A stretch of DNA of 53,930 nucleotides from Octopus bimaculoides. Its lineage: Eukaryota. Shown here piece after piece: positions 10,833 to 24,200 of this stretch. Numbering within the stretch: position 1 is the first letter of the stretch; the number at the start of each line of letters is the position of its first letter. The position numbers and the translations under genes are program-made. The notes under the pieces were generated by a model. It ran no database searches. It worked only from the letters and a program-made list of their open reading frames with translations, and was not told the origin of the DNA. The DNA is taken from the NCBI RefSeq assembly GCF_001194135.2, contig NC_068995.1, forward strand, positions 12,355,662 through 12,409,591, in the 5' to 3' direction.

Positions 10833-11492
10833 TGGGGCAGAAAATTCCACCTAAATATTACGTTTTTTCAACGTTAGGAAATCTGAAAAATCTTTTCCTT
10901 TAAAACAAGGATTCAAAGTAGAAACATAACAAAACAGAGATGAGGGAAAGAGAAAGTGCGTTATACAGAAAATTGTACTTAGAGAACTTTTTAAAATCAG
11001 GAATAAAGAAAGAAACTAAAAGCAATAATTGTATTCAATTTTTTTTCTTTCCATTTTTCCTTTTCTTCAATTCAGAAAGACAGACCAAGGTAGAATGGTG
11101 AACAACTAAAATCTTGAAATATGAAAATCGAGAAAAAGAAAGAATCGGTGTGAAAGAGAACGATAAACCTAGAGCAATGAATGTATTTACAGAAAGTTCT
11201 CTTTTTACCAATTAGAAAGAATGAGAGAAGTGTAATGATTATTGGCTAAAATATTCAAATAAGAACATTAGGAAAAGTGAAAGAGACAGCAAGAAACAGA
11301 TAAAAGTAGAGCAACAAATGAATATATAGAAATTTGGTTTCTAAAACCAGAATGGTAGAAAAAGAGAGAATAAGACAGTTTTGATATAAAATGGATTCCG
11401 TCGCTTTTCATTTTCTCACCCTTAAGACTTTAGTAGCAGCTCTTCTTCCATTTTTACTTGAATTCAAATGTCTCTTTATTCTTCACTTTTTT

Positions 11493-11955
11493 GTCTTTTA
11501 TTTGTTTCAGTTATTTGACGACGGCCATGATGGAATGCTGCCTTGAAGACATGTTCGTTAAATAAATTGATCCCAGGACGAAGTTAAGTCTGGTATATAT
11601 TCTACCGGTCTTTAAGTCCAAACAGCTAGCTTACGTGACGTAAAAGCACCAATCGCGATGGTAGGGGACAAACACAAACACACACACTCACACACACACA
11701 CACACATGCATATATATATATATATATATATATANNNNNNNNNNNNNNNNNNNNNNNNNNNNNNNNNNNNNNNNNNNNNNNNNNNNNNNNNNNNNNNNNN
11801 NNNNNNNNNNNNNNNNNNNNNNNNNNNNNNNNNNNNNNNNNNTAGGTCCGAAAGCTATAGTAGAAGACACGTCCCCAAGTGGCCACGCAGTGGAATTGAA
11901 CCTGGAAAATGTGGTTCCGAAGTAAGCTTCTTATCACATACCCCCGCCTGCACCT
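11493..11955 (-). mobile_element. SINE family A, diverged, with internal (CA)n(TA)n and a gap
   Basis: tttgtttcagttatttgacgacggccatg tail and gctatagtagaagacacgtccccaag...gaattgaacctgg head region. Confidence 0.8.
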
Positions 11956-12010
11956 ATGAAAAATATTTCGAATTTTTTATAAATTTCTTTTCTTTTTCGT
12001 TCGTTTACAG

Positions 12011-12289
12011 CAGTGGTTCCGAAAGTGGGTGGTACTTCCCACCTGTGGGCAGTGGAAAGTTCCAAGGTGCCGCTAAAGAGAAGTGGGGCGATAATGGGGT
12101 AACGATTCATGTAAAAACAACAAAATAATGGGTTCGTTAGGTTAAGAATTATTTGTTAAGTACAGTTGCTTGGAATCTGCTTCAGAAAGTGGTCTATATT
12201 TGCGATGGTTAGTTAGGGTGGGGATGCTAAAAATGTGACCTGGGTGTCAAGGAGGCGGCAGCCCGAAAATGTTCGTGAACCACTGGCTG
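12011..12289. mobile_element. hAT (Charlie/Buster-type) MITE
   Basis: TIR CAGTGGTTC (12011) / GAACCACTG (ends 12285); 8-bp direct repeat GTTTACAG at 12003-12010 and 12290-12297, with TA at positions 4-5 as Buster-type target sites prefer. Confidence 0.8.
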
Positions 12290-12758
12290 GTTTACAGCCA
12301 TATTTTACGTATGTAGAATATAAGGGAGCAAGCTTAACATTTGCTTTTTACCTTTCTATTTCTTGTTTTCAAAATTGCTTTCAAATTTGACCACACTACA
12401 ACAGTCGTCACACAATTTTGAGCACACTGTTAGTGTTACATGTTGGCTGAAAATATTTTATAATCATCTTTTCGATTGCTCAGTCGATTATATTATGTAA
12501 AGGAGAACTGTTTATTATATTTACTGATGTGGGGTTTTTTTTTATGATAAAATAGAATAAAATTAGAATAAAATTCTAATTACATATAAGTATTTCGATC
12601 ATTGTTGATCCCATCAGTGTAATATTGAATTTCAATTTTACATTTATTTATTTACGGAAATCAGATAAGCTTTATGAATCAGAAATTTCATTTTTTTTTT
12701 CTTTCTTTCTTTCTTTTTTTTTTTTTTTGCAGTACATGAACCTATGATTTAAAATATT

Positions 12759-12801
<43 letters not shown>

Positions 12802-12993
12802 GCAGGTAAAGAAATAAAATTATCACCTAAACACAAATCATTAACGCACTTATGTAAACTCATATATATATATATATATATATATATTCATATACATATA
12901 TATATATATACATGCACATATATATGTATATCAATGTATATATAAATATATATACATATTTAATTATATATATGTGTGTGTTTTGTGTGTGCA

Positions 12994-13024
<31 letters not shown>

Positions 13025-14150
13025 GTGTGTGTGTGTGTAAATTTATGTGTGTGGTGTGTGTGTTACATAAATCAACGTGAAAGAAAAAACGATGCTAATG
13101 AAAGGCAATGCTTTCTTGTTTGATCGAAGAAAATGCTTATTAACCATTTAATTAGGTAATTAGAACTTAGCAGCCTGCGGTATTCTACGAAAACTTTTTG
13201 TTTTTTCTTTTAGAAAAAGGAAAAAAAAAACACAAAGTTTACTTGATACGATACTCTGTCAAGACGAATTAAAGATGGTTAACTGCTATTAACGAGGCTT
13301 TTTTCCTCTTCTACTTATGCCAAGTTTCCTATTTTACGAGACTCGTTTCAATTTTTTTCTGCTGTGCTTTATATATATATATTTTTCTTTATGTATTATT
13401 CATTATAATTTTCATTGCCAGCATCTAGCTTAATCTCATTTCTTAACGCTTTACTTGACGATTGATTTCCCTTGATGATGTCACTATATTTAAGCGCTAA
13501 TTTTAACCTGTTAGACAGACGACAGGTTTAGTTTTATTGTCACAGTTCATAGAAGTTTATAAGAGAGGTGGATAAGTTCACTTGGCTCCAGGTCTGTAGA
13601 ATCTCACGTCCGTTTATGCTCCTTCATATTAAAGAGAGAAACAGAAAAAACATTGGAATGGTGTTACCTGAGCACCCTTTAACACGCTCCCTCCCTCTTC
13701 TCTCTTTATCTTTCACTTAATTAATGTTGGGAAATCCAGACGTAACTTTATAGCTAGAGTACTAAGGACGCTATTATATATTTATATTTGTGTATATATG
13801 CATATATGTATGTATGTATATATATACAAAGTATATATATATATGTGCATACCGATATATATNNNNNNNNNNNNNNNNNNNNNNNNNNNNNNNNNNNNNN
13901 NNNNNNNNNNNNNNNNNNNNNNNNNNNNNNNNNNNNNNNNNNNNNNNNNNNNNNNNNNNNNNNNNNNNNNNNNNNNNNNNNNNNNNNNNNNNNNNNNNNN
14001 NNNNNNNNNNNNNNNNNNNNNNNNNNNNNNNNNNNNNNNNNNNNNNNNNNNNNNNNNNNNNNNNNNNNNNNNNNNNNNNNNNNNNNNNNNNNNNNNNNNN
14101 NNNNNNNNNNNNNNNNNNNNNNNNNNNNNNNNNNNNNNNNNNNNNNNNNN

Positions 14151-14188
<38 letters not shown>

Positions 14189-14519
14189 GATGAATATTCC
14201 AGTATAAACATTTACATATTCATATATTAGGAGAGCAAACTTACACCTACAAAAGACATAGAAATTAAAGAGGAGACGTTATAGTGTTACAAGTTGAAAG
14301 CTGTTTCCAGGGGCTCGCGATTATTTCATAATATTGACAGATGTAGTTCACTGGTAATGGAATGTTATAAACATCGGAAAGATCTGGCCTCCTTTGTTAG
14401 GGGAGAGAAATAAAAGTCTGATATTCCAGATGATGATGCAAGGAAATTTCCTTTGTCGCAGAATCGTCAGCACACTAAACAAAATGCTTAACGGCAATTA
14501 TTCTAACTTCACGCTCTCA

Positions 14520-14650
14520 TTTCATATGTTGCCTTTCATCCTTTCAAGGTCGATAAAATATATACCAGCTAGATACTGGGGTAGCTGTAATCGACATACT
14601 CATTCCCCACAAAATGCCGGCACTGTGCCAAATTTTGAAACCATTATGAT
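14520..14650 (+). mobile_element. SINE family B, 5' truncated
   Basis: ttgcctttcatcctttcaaggtcgataaaatataccag ... gtgccaaattttgaaacc. Confidence 0.8.
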
Positions 14651-15172
14651 AATTGTTATCGTAAACTTCAATCTCAAATCTTTCTATCTTTAAAAGTCGC
14701 ATTTGCTAGGCTTTTCAGAGATAAATTAATTTAATTTTCTCGAGTTACTCTCTCGCAACGAAAAACAGTCGTTTTTAAAAATAAATATCTAGCATTTCTG
14801 ACGATATTGTCATTGTTTCTATTTTTGTTGCTATGATTATAATTATTATTTATTTATTTATTTCTTTATTTATCTTGTTGTTGACAAGACCACCGACCCG
14901 CTGCTACATTCGTTAAACATGCTGTCTCATAGCACGTTAGATATGTTTGTTCATAAATTGCATTCTACTAAAATTACACTATTATTTCGCTGAAATATAC
15001 GAAAATTACAAATTCATTTCAAAATTAATTACGCTGTAGGCTCATTAAATGAGAAACATATCTTTATAAATGACAATGGTAACTGGAATTGAAACAGCTA
15101 TCTTCCGTAATTCGAAATTATTTATAGTAAATTATTTACATTCCTGAGAGTATATATCTACATATATATACA

Positions 15173-15224
<52 letters not shown>

Positions 15225-15333
15225 NNNNNNNNNNNNNNNNNNNNNNNNNNNNNNNNNNNNNNNNNNNNNNNNNNNNNNNNNNNNNNNNNNNNNNNNNNNN
15301 NNNNNNNNNNNNNNNNNNNNNNNNNNNNNNNNN

Positions 15334-15385
<52 letters not shown>

Positions 15386-17985
15386 ATTAATACTCTATAT
15401 ATGTATGTACGCATATGCATACATACATACATATGTGTCTGTGCATGAATGAGTGAGTGTGTGTATGAGCCATTATATGTATAGAAACATTTGTGTATAT
15501 AGACATATATAAAACAGGCACACGCTCACTTACACACACATACATGTTATACATTAATACATACACACAATTATACATACACATACGCACGCTCCCCCCT
15601 CTAGGCAGTGAGTACTCTTTTTGTATTTGTGTACCTTCTTCACACTGAGAAATACGTACGTGTGTATACGCATGCGTATACGCATGCGTAAATATATGGT
15701 TAGATGCGTGTACACGCGCGCGTTTGTACCTATAAACCCTCACACATACACATATACATACACATATATATAGGTGTGCGTGTGTGCATTTATGCACCTA
15801 TGTATGTATATGTTCGTGTGTAAGTAAATATATGCATGCATACATATATACGTATGTATTCACATACACACACACTTACATACACATACCTAGAAGTAAA
15901 GATATAAAGCATGATTTCTTGCTGATTCTTAGCAGAATTCTACACGGAATGTTAATTGTTACAAGAGTTAATAAGATAATATATTTGTAGATATTTATCA
16001 AGTAACGTACAGTAAAGGGCAATTGCATACAAGCGAAGACCGCTCTAGGGTTTCAATCCCGGTAGAAGCCATTTAATATCATTTTACATCAATTACTTTG
16101 GTAATGCCTTTGAGAGAAAGAAGATGATATCCATATCTATTCTGTTAATTGACGAGCCCCCGGTAGTCTATAAGTGGTCATCAAGTTTGCAAGAAATAGA
16201 AGCCAAATATTCTTCAGATCATAATTTTTCGCTTTGCATTTTCGGAAAAGTTAGGACGTCGAAGAAAATTCATGCAGTATAAATTGTAAGTTACAAATAT
16301 TCATAGCTAACCACCTACACTTTTTTTCTGCAAAATAAGGGTACTTTATCCTATTCAGGCTATATGATTAGCATTATCCTGCGATTGAGAATTTAAAATC
16401 CCTTCTTTACCTTACAAATATTCATGTTTTAATTTCGGATGCATGCTTTGTCAACTTTGCATTTTCTTATCCCTGGTTTGGAAACATAAAATTTCGATCG
16501 AGCAGTTGATAATCTGTTACCATAATGCATCTTAGATGTAAATGAGATTATAATTGAAGATGCGACATTAATGTGTACTGTGTTCTTATGGTCTCTTAGA
16601 TACCGTAGAAAGACAAGTTAGTCCTGGCTGGAAACCTCTCATCATAGATCCGATCAATTAATATTGACCTAGGTGTAAACGACGAACGACATCTGAGATA
16701 AATAAGAATGCTATGTGTTTGATTAGATGTACAGCGGCGAGTCAGAATGTAGTGCAATTTTTATTTTCAATTTTCTGATTTTACTTCCTTATTTGCGAAG
16801 AAGACTCAAAAATAAATGCAAATGAGAATTGCATTGATTCCAACTTCCTCTCGTAGCATAATTAAATGGTACATGTGACCGGGGACCACATGTTAACTCG
16901 TATTTCCACTGAAACTCCGAACATGAATTCTACATGTCAACAACTATGGACGACTATGGCTGTGGCGTGCGCACTATCTGAAGCGTTTGCTTTCACAGTG
17001 GAGCATTTGACAAATTTGCAAGCTCGACTTTCGGGTCGCAGATATAAGTATTACTTTGCTTGCTGCAACGTAACACTCGACCACCGGATGTGGTCAGCGT
17101 TTGTGAGGGACGTGAGAAACTCGCAGGTCGGAACTGGCTTAGCCCAACGCGGATGACTACCCCAGCAAGTACAGATAAGTACTAGTATAATTAAATTAAT
17201 CAGATCTGACTGCATAATTTAGTTTCTTGATTGAAATCAATTTAATTTCGGTTTCGATCGATTGAATTAACTAAATATTCGTCCAATCAGATCCAACTAC
17301 CATCTTGAGTGAGAAATTATACATTAAACACTGTAGTTCTGGATGCATTTTATACGATTAGCAATTTGGGATGATCGCACCTGGAAAGCTTTTGAACACA
17401 CGCCAGATTTATCAGGGATCTCCTGGGTTTAATCGCCACGAACGACAAACTGCACTGTTAATAAGATAACGAATGTACCTTTATGTGATCACACAACCTA
17501 TTACTAATAGCAGCCAAATTTCCCTCAAAACGCCTTATAGAATTATGAACACCATTGAACAAATCTTTCTGAAGTCCTCATCAGACAAGGTCGCCCGAGA
17601 ATCTACAGTTCCTTCCTAGGGTGCTATTCTGGGAACGATGGGTTTTTTCGTTTATGGCTGACGAACAGTTACCCGTACAGCAACTCTTTTCTATGCATGT
17701 CACAGATATTTTCCAAGAAACAAGACAAGAGCCGGTGTAGCCAGGCCCTATTGTTGTCGCTGACATACTCAGAAGTGAAGGAGCTTAAACAAATACCTAA
17801 AAGCATTTTGTTTAAGGCATTTCTGCCTTTCATTCGCCTTTCATGGGTACTTAATTTTCATGGATCTTGGGAGGATTAGAGTCAAAGAAGTCCTCTGCAA
17901 CCAAGAACGGCATTTCTTTATTACTTGGTTGAAATATACCTACACACATATATGCATATACATACGCACACACACACACGCACAC

Positions 17986-18026
<41 letters not shown>

Positions 18027-19183
18027 AACACACACATATATATNNNNNNNNNNNNNNNNNNNNNNNNNNNNNNNNNNNNNNNNNNNNNNNNNNNNNNNNN
18101 NNNNNNNNNNNNNNNNNNNNNNNNNNNNNNNNNNNNNNNNNNNNNNNNNNNNNNNNNNNNNNNNNNNNNNNNNNNNNNNNNNNNNNNNNNNNNNNNNNNN
18201 NNNNNNNNNNNNNNNNNNNNNNNNNNNNNNNNNNNNNNNNNNNNNNNNNNNNNNNNNNNNNNNNNNNNNNNNNNNNNNNNNNNNNNNNNNNNNNNNNNNN
18301 NNNNNNNNNNNNNNNNNNNNNNNNNNNNNNNNNNNNNNNNNNNNNNNNNNNNNNNNNNNNNNNNNNNNNNNNNNNNNNNNNNNNNNNNNNNNNNNNNNNN
18401 NNNNNNNNNNNNNNNNNNNNNNNNNNNNNNNNNNNNNNNNNNNNNNNNNNNNNNNNNNNNNNNNNNNNNNNNNNNNNNNNNNNNNNNNNNNNNNNNNNNN
18501 NNNNNNNNNNNNNNNNNNNNNNNNNNNNNNNNNNNNNNNNNNNNNNNNNNNNNNNNNNNNNNNNNNNNNNNNNNNNNNNNNNNNNNNNNNNNNNNNNNNN
18601 NNNNNNNNNNNNNNNNNNNNNNNNNNNNNNNNNNNNNNNNNNNNNNNNNNNNNNNNNNNNNNNNNNNNNNNNNNNNNNNNNNNNNNNNNNNNNNNNNNNN
18701 NNNNNNNNNNNNNNNNNNNNNNNNNNNNNNNNNNNNNNNNNNNNNNNNNNNNNNNNNNNNNNNNNNNNNNNNNNNNNNNNNNNNNNNNNNNNNNNNNNNN
18801 NNNNNNNNNNNNNNNNNNNNNNNNNNNNNNNNNNNNNNNNNNNNNNNNNNNNNNNNNNNNNNNNNNNNNNNNNNNNNNNNNNNNNNNNNNNNNNNNNNNN
18901 NNNNNNNNNNNNNNNNNNNNNNNNNNNNNNNNNNNNNNNNNNNNNNNNNNNNNNNNNNNNNNNNNNNNNNNNNNNNNNNNNNNNNNNNNNNNNNNNNNNN
19001 NNNNNNNNNNNNNNNNNNNNNNNNNNNNNNNNNNNNATATATATATATATATATACATGTATGTATGTATAAATAATACAAAATGGGACAAGGATGCAAA
19101 ACATATATATATATGTATGTACGTATGTATGTATGTATATATGTATGTATGTAAATATATATGTATATATATATCTATATCTA

Positions 19184-19223
<40 letters not shown>

Positions 19224-19636
19224 AGTGTGTGTGTGTCTGTGTGTCTATACACACGTATTTGTATGGATGTGTACATGTATGTATGCGTACAAGTTCCACA
19301 GTACGGCGTTTGCATGGTTATCAGCGTATATAGGCAAATCTAATGACCATTCCCACCACAATGTGTGGCTGGAAAGTAAAGTTTTTGGTCAATAGCGGAT
19401 GCCATTATTTTTCATTCCGTGTTAGCAATAAACTTTTTACTCAATATCGAGCTATCAACGTACTAAAGTTGACATTCAATAATGTAGCTAGTTTTACTGT
19501 GAATTTTCCTTATTTTTTTTCATTTTCCTCCAATGTTTTCCTTTATTTTCTATTTATTCTTTTTTTTTGTTTTGTTTTGATATTGTTATCAAGCTGACTT
19601 GTTCATTTTATATGTATCTATCTTTCTATCAGTCGG

Positions 19637-19674
<38 letters not shown>

Positions 19675-22564
19675 NNNNNNNNNNNNNNNNNNNNNNNNNN
19701 NNNNNNNNNNNNNNNNNNNNNNNNNNNNNNNNNNNNNNNNNNNNNNNNNNNNNNNNNNNNNNNNNNNNNNNNNNNNNNNNNNNNNNNNNNNNNNNNNNNN
19801 NNNNNNNNNNNNNNNNNNNNNNNNNNNNNNNNNNNNNNNNNNNNNNNNNNNNNNNNNNNNNNNNNNNNNNNNNNNNNNNNNNNNNNNNNNNNNNNNNNNN
19901 NNNNNNNNNNNNNNNNNNNNNNNNNNNNNNNNNNNNNNNNNNNNNNNNNNNNNNNNNNNNNNNNNNNNNNNNNNNNNNNNNNNNNNNNNNNNNNNNNNNN
20001 NNNNNNNNNNNNNNNNNNNNNNNNNNNNNNNNNNNNNNNNNNNNNNNNNNNNNNNNNNNNNNNNNNNNNNNNNNNNNNNNNNNNNNNNNNNNNNNNNNNN
20101 NNNNNNNNNNNNNNNNNNNATATATATATATATATATATATAGGAAACATGGAACAATTTCATATATATATATATGTATAAAATAATTTATATGCTCACG
20201 TATACTGGCACGCTTAAATATAACATAGGTATATATATAACATAGATACATATATATACATAAGGCACGCTAATATATAACAAAAGTATGTATCTGCATA
20301 CGTACATATATACTCATACATGTCTGTTTTTCAGCGGCGGTTAGACGATTAAATAAAAGAGGTTGTAGAGAGATGTATTGTAGTTTATCGTCATCGTTCA
20401 CAATTTATTATATCCTTTACTATACTATTCAGTGTCTACCATTTCGTCTAAATATTTGACAACTGCAAGATATACGGTTCAGAATACTTTCTTTTTATTT
20501 TCTTTCTTTTCTTTTTTTTTCTTTTTTTTGTTTTGGTCTTTTCTAAACATTGTAATCTTTGCTTCTTGGAACGACAAGGAGGCAGAAATCTTATAATACT
20601 TTATCTAACCTTACTGTTTTGCCTGCTTCAACAAGCAACATTGTTTAGTCAGAGGTGAAGAGCTAGATATTGAAACGGTAAATGAAGAAAGATATATCAA
20701 ATATTTAAGACATATTCCTCTGATGAGAGGCTCAAACATTTATATCATTTTCTTTTTTAACATTTTTCAACTTAAATATTGTTAATAAACTTCTATTTCT
20801 ATTCGCTGTCGTTGTTGTTTTCTTGTTGCGTTTTTCTTTTGTCTCAGTTCAATCTCAACGGATATTATTATAAGATTAGCGTCTCTGATGTTGGAAGAGA
20901 GGGGTGGTCCACCCGGGTGACACTGTTATGAGGTCGGTCACTTGTCTGATCTCTTGTACAAGCCTACACAGCTACAAGAGTGAGGGTAGGGGGCAACCTT
21001 TAGGGCTACCCCAGGTGGCCAACACTCGCTCTACACCAGTGTATTATGAAAGATATTCTAACCTCCACGAGCCTATCTCTAATTCAGGTGAAATATATCT
21101 AGAACCACGTTATCCATTGTTTTACTTCCATTTCTGAGACAACAGCGTAAAGAAATACCTAGGAACTCTCCGAATTTTAAACCTGTTCCATAATCTCCAT
21201 TATCAATGTTTGATAAAATATTCATTATTATGTTTTACACAAGAATGATTAATGAAACAAAATCATCAACAACCTTATGCACACACACCACACACAAACA
21301 CTCACACATGCATATGTATATAGTGCCGTTCCATTCATGTAAGATCAACGAAGTAAGTATTCTATACAGTAAGAAATAAACATAATTTAATATACTCAAT
21401 ACAAAAATACGAGGTAATAATATTTCCTTGCTTTGGAGGCCCGTGTCCAGGTAGGTTTTATCACACGTTTTATATCTCCAAGCAATTTTTAAGTTCTTTA
21501 GAGATAGTTGGCTACTATTTCTAGCGACCAATTAAATGTTGTTTTCTTAGCTCAGCAGATCTTTACAATCGATTATATTGACCGCAGTGCTCTATGTAAT
21601 ACTTAACCTACAGAATCTGGTAGAACTACAGGCAAAGTCGACCCTCTGGTTGTGATTTGAGCTCAAAATATGAAGACATGTATCCATAAAGAAAGGGACG
21701 TTTTATTCCGATGTTCTACCGACAGCAGCAAATCTCCGCCCACTTCTTTATTTAATAGTCAGAACAGAAAGCCTATCGTAGAAGAAAAAAAGTATGTGGG
21801 CAATTTTATTTTTTATTTCATTATTCATATCAACAACTAAGGAATTATGTTAAAGAGAAAATTAATTTCTTTAAGAGGAAGGCGAAAAACTTCCAGGAAC
21901 TCAAGTATCTTCTCTTCAAGCTCAATTTGGTATCATCACCTATGAAGAGCTGTCCAAGAAATAAAACCTCAATACTTTAATAGAAATATCAAGAAAAATA
22001 ATTTTATTTTTATTTTTTATTATTTATTGCTATTTGTTTTTGCAAAGAAAACTCACAAACTGAAAGATGATTGCAGAAATATCCAATGATTAGCTTTTAA
22101 TAAAATAATAAAATAATTCTATTCGTCACGAGCGAGGAGATGTTGCCCCATGCGATCATTTGATCTGCTAAATATAGTAACAAAATCTACCTCAAATTTA
22201 ATTTTGCTCTCTTAAAAAAGTATAAGTAAACCAGCCAAGAAATATTTCTCTATAAGATCATTTGATACGCTGGATATAATAACCAAATCTACCTCAAATT
22301 TAATCATGTATACATTTTCTTATACATTCTTAGATAGATTATGCCTGACAATATACTGAATTATGACTGTTGGGCTGCAATCAGCGTAGGTCTGACCTGG
22401 CTTAAGAACAGGAACATCAATAAGTATCGACAACAAACAACAGCAGCAACGTATTTTCGCATCCTGCAATTTTGTATCCCACTCAGTTTTGTCTTGCGAG
22501 TACTCAGTTACCTCACTAGTGGTAAGGACAAGAACATAAAACGTACTCTATACACTATATAAAG

Positions 22565-22920
22565 AGGTTGGCGTTGGAAGAGCTTTGACACATAGAGACC
22601 ATGCCACAGAGAAGACACTTGGTGCTTGGCGCTGCCCCACCCACTCTCTTTCGCCATCTCCCTCCCTCTTTCTCTCTCCCTCTATTTCTCTCCCTCTCTG
22701 ACTACATTCGAATCGTCCGACCCATGCCAGAATTGGAAAAGAGACGTTTATTATGATGATGACGATGACGACGACAACAACGACGACGATGAATGATGAT
22801 GAAGATGACGACGATAATAATAATGATGATGGTGATGATGGTGGTGATGAGGATGATGATGAGGAGGAGGACGACGACGACGATGAAGATGATGATCATG
22901 ACCATGATCATGATAATTAA
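22565..22920 (+). mobile_element. Degenerate retroposon 3' end followed by a (GAT/GAC)n tail
   Basis: Short unique stretch (cgtccgacccatgccagaattggaaaagagacgtt) running directly into a trinucleotide tail; family assignment is inference only. Confidence 0.4.
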
Positions 22921-23419
22921 GGATAAAAAGAAGGCGAAGAAAAAGAAAATTAGAATGATGATACATTTTCTAAAAATTGTGCGTGGATGTGTCCTTCCAC
23001 TATAACATACGGGTTCTACAACTGTTTCGATGATGAATAATCCCATTACTCAAACAACTTAAGTCAATGAATTTTTTTGCAGGTTACTGAGTATTCCATG
23101 GAATTGTGCGCGCTTAAATTAAACCTCATACTGATTCAGCATGAAATAAGGCATCAAATAGCTGGCCCTTTTAATTATAGCGACATTACAGTACCTCCAA
23201 CGTACTTCCATGAAATTAATGGTAATTATAAAGCTTTAGTGAACACAAAGCTATAGTTTATCCCATTTAACCGATATATTACGCTGTGTGATCGAACCCA
23301 CAGTATCTTAATTACGAAGTGAACCCCTTGCCGACTCTTCTGTAACATAGGCGCCCACATTTCAGATGAAAATCTTAATGATATAGTCATACGTGTGCAA
23401 GCAGGACAAAATATTTGGT

Positions 23420-24200
23420 GACATTTCTTCCGGTTCTTTAGTTCTTGTGTTCAAATTCCACCGTAGTGGCCTTCACCTTTCATTTTCTCTGGGCACATAA
23501 AATAAATACCAGCAATGCACTGGGATCGAAGTACTCAACTTTGGACAGAACAATGCGTTTTGTTCTTGAGCAAAACACTTTATTTCATGTTATATGCTCT
23601 AGTCTACTCAGCTGGCATANNNNNNNNNNAGACTCTTTAGCAAGTCGGACAAAATGCTTAGCCGCATTCCTTCCGGCTCTTTACTTTCTGTGATCAAACG
23701 TCGCCCAGTTCGACTTTGTCTTTCATCGTTTCAGGTGTGATAAAAATAAGTATCAGCTGAGCACTTGGATCTCTATAACCGACAAGCACCCCCTCCACCC
23801 CAACTTCAAAATCTTAGTCGTTGTACCCATAGTAGAAAGGATCATTTTAAATTTTTTAAAAGGGCGGCGAACTGGCAGACCCCTTAGCATGTCGGCTTAG
23901 TGACATTTTTTTACAGTTCTTTAATCCCTGTGTTCAGATTCCGCCGTGGTGGACTTTGCCTTTCATCCTCTCGGATCAGATAAAATAGTACCAGCAATAC
24001 ACTGGGGTCGATGTAACAAACTTTGGACCGAACTATGCATTGTGTTCTTGAGCAAGATGCTTCACTCCACGTTACTCCAATCCACTCAACCGGCAAAATG
24101 AATAAACCGGTGATTGACCGGTGTCCCGTCCAGGTGTGGATATAAATGACACAGAAACTAGGAAATCAGCTTTATGAGTCTATATGATTCAGGAAGGAGG
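23420..24200 (+). mobile_element. SINE cluster: B/C chimera (23420-23620), B (23630-23845), B/C chimera (23865-24200)
   Basis: Family-B head and core followed by aactttggac.gaac.atgc.tt.tgttcttgagcaa and a family-C body, seen twice. Confidence 0.75.

Noticed and set aside
17580-17880. Possible L1/Tx1 RT remnant or exon
   Set aside because: One frame is open, but no diagnostic motif (QG...S, YADD) is present.
17851-19299. Long ORFs (up to 482 aa) here and at 13774-14230, 19567-20251, 36195-36790, 40122-40701 and 42956-43895
   Set aside because: They read through N-gaps and dinucleotide repeats; artefacts.
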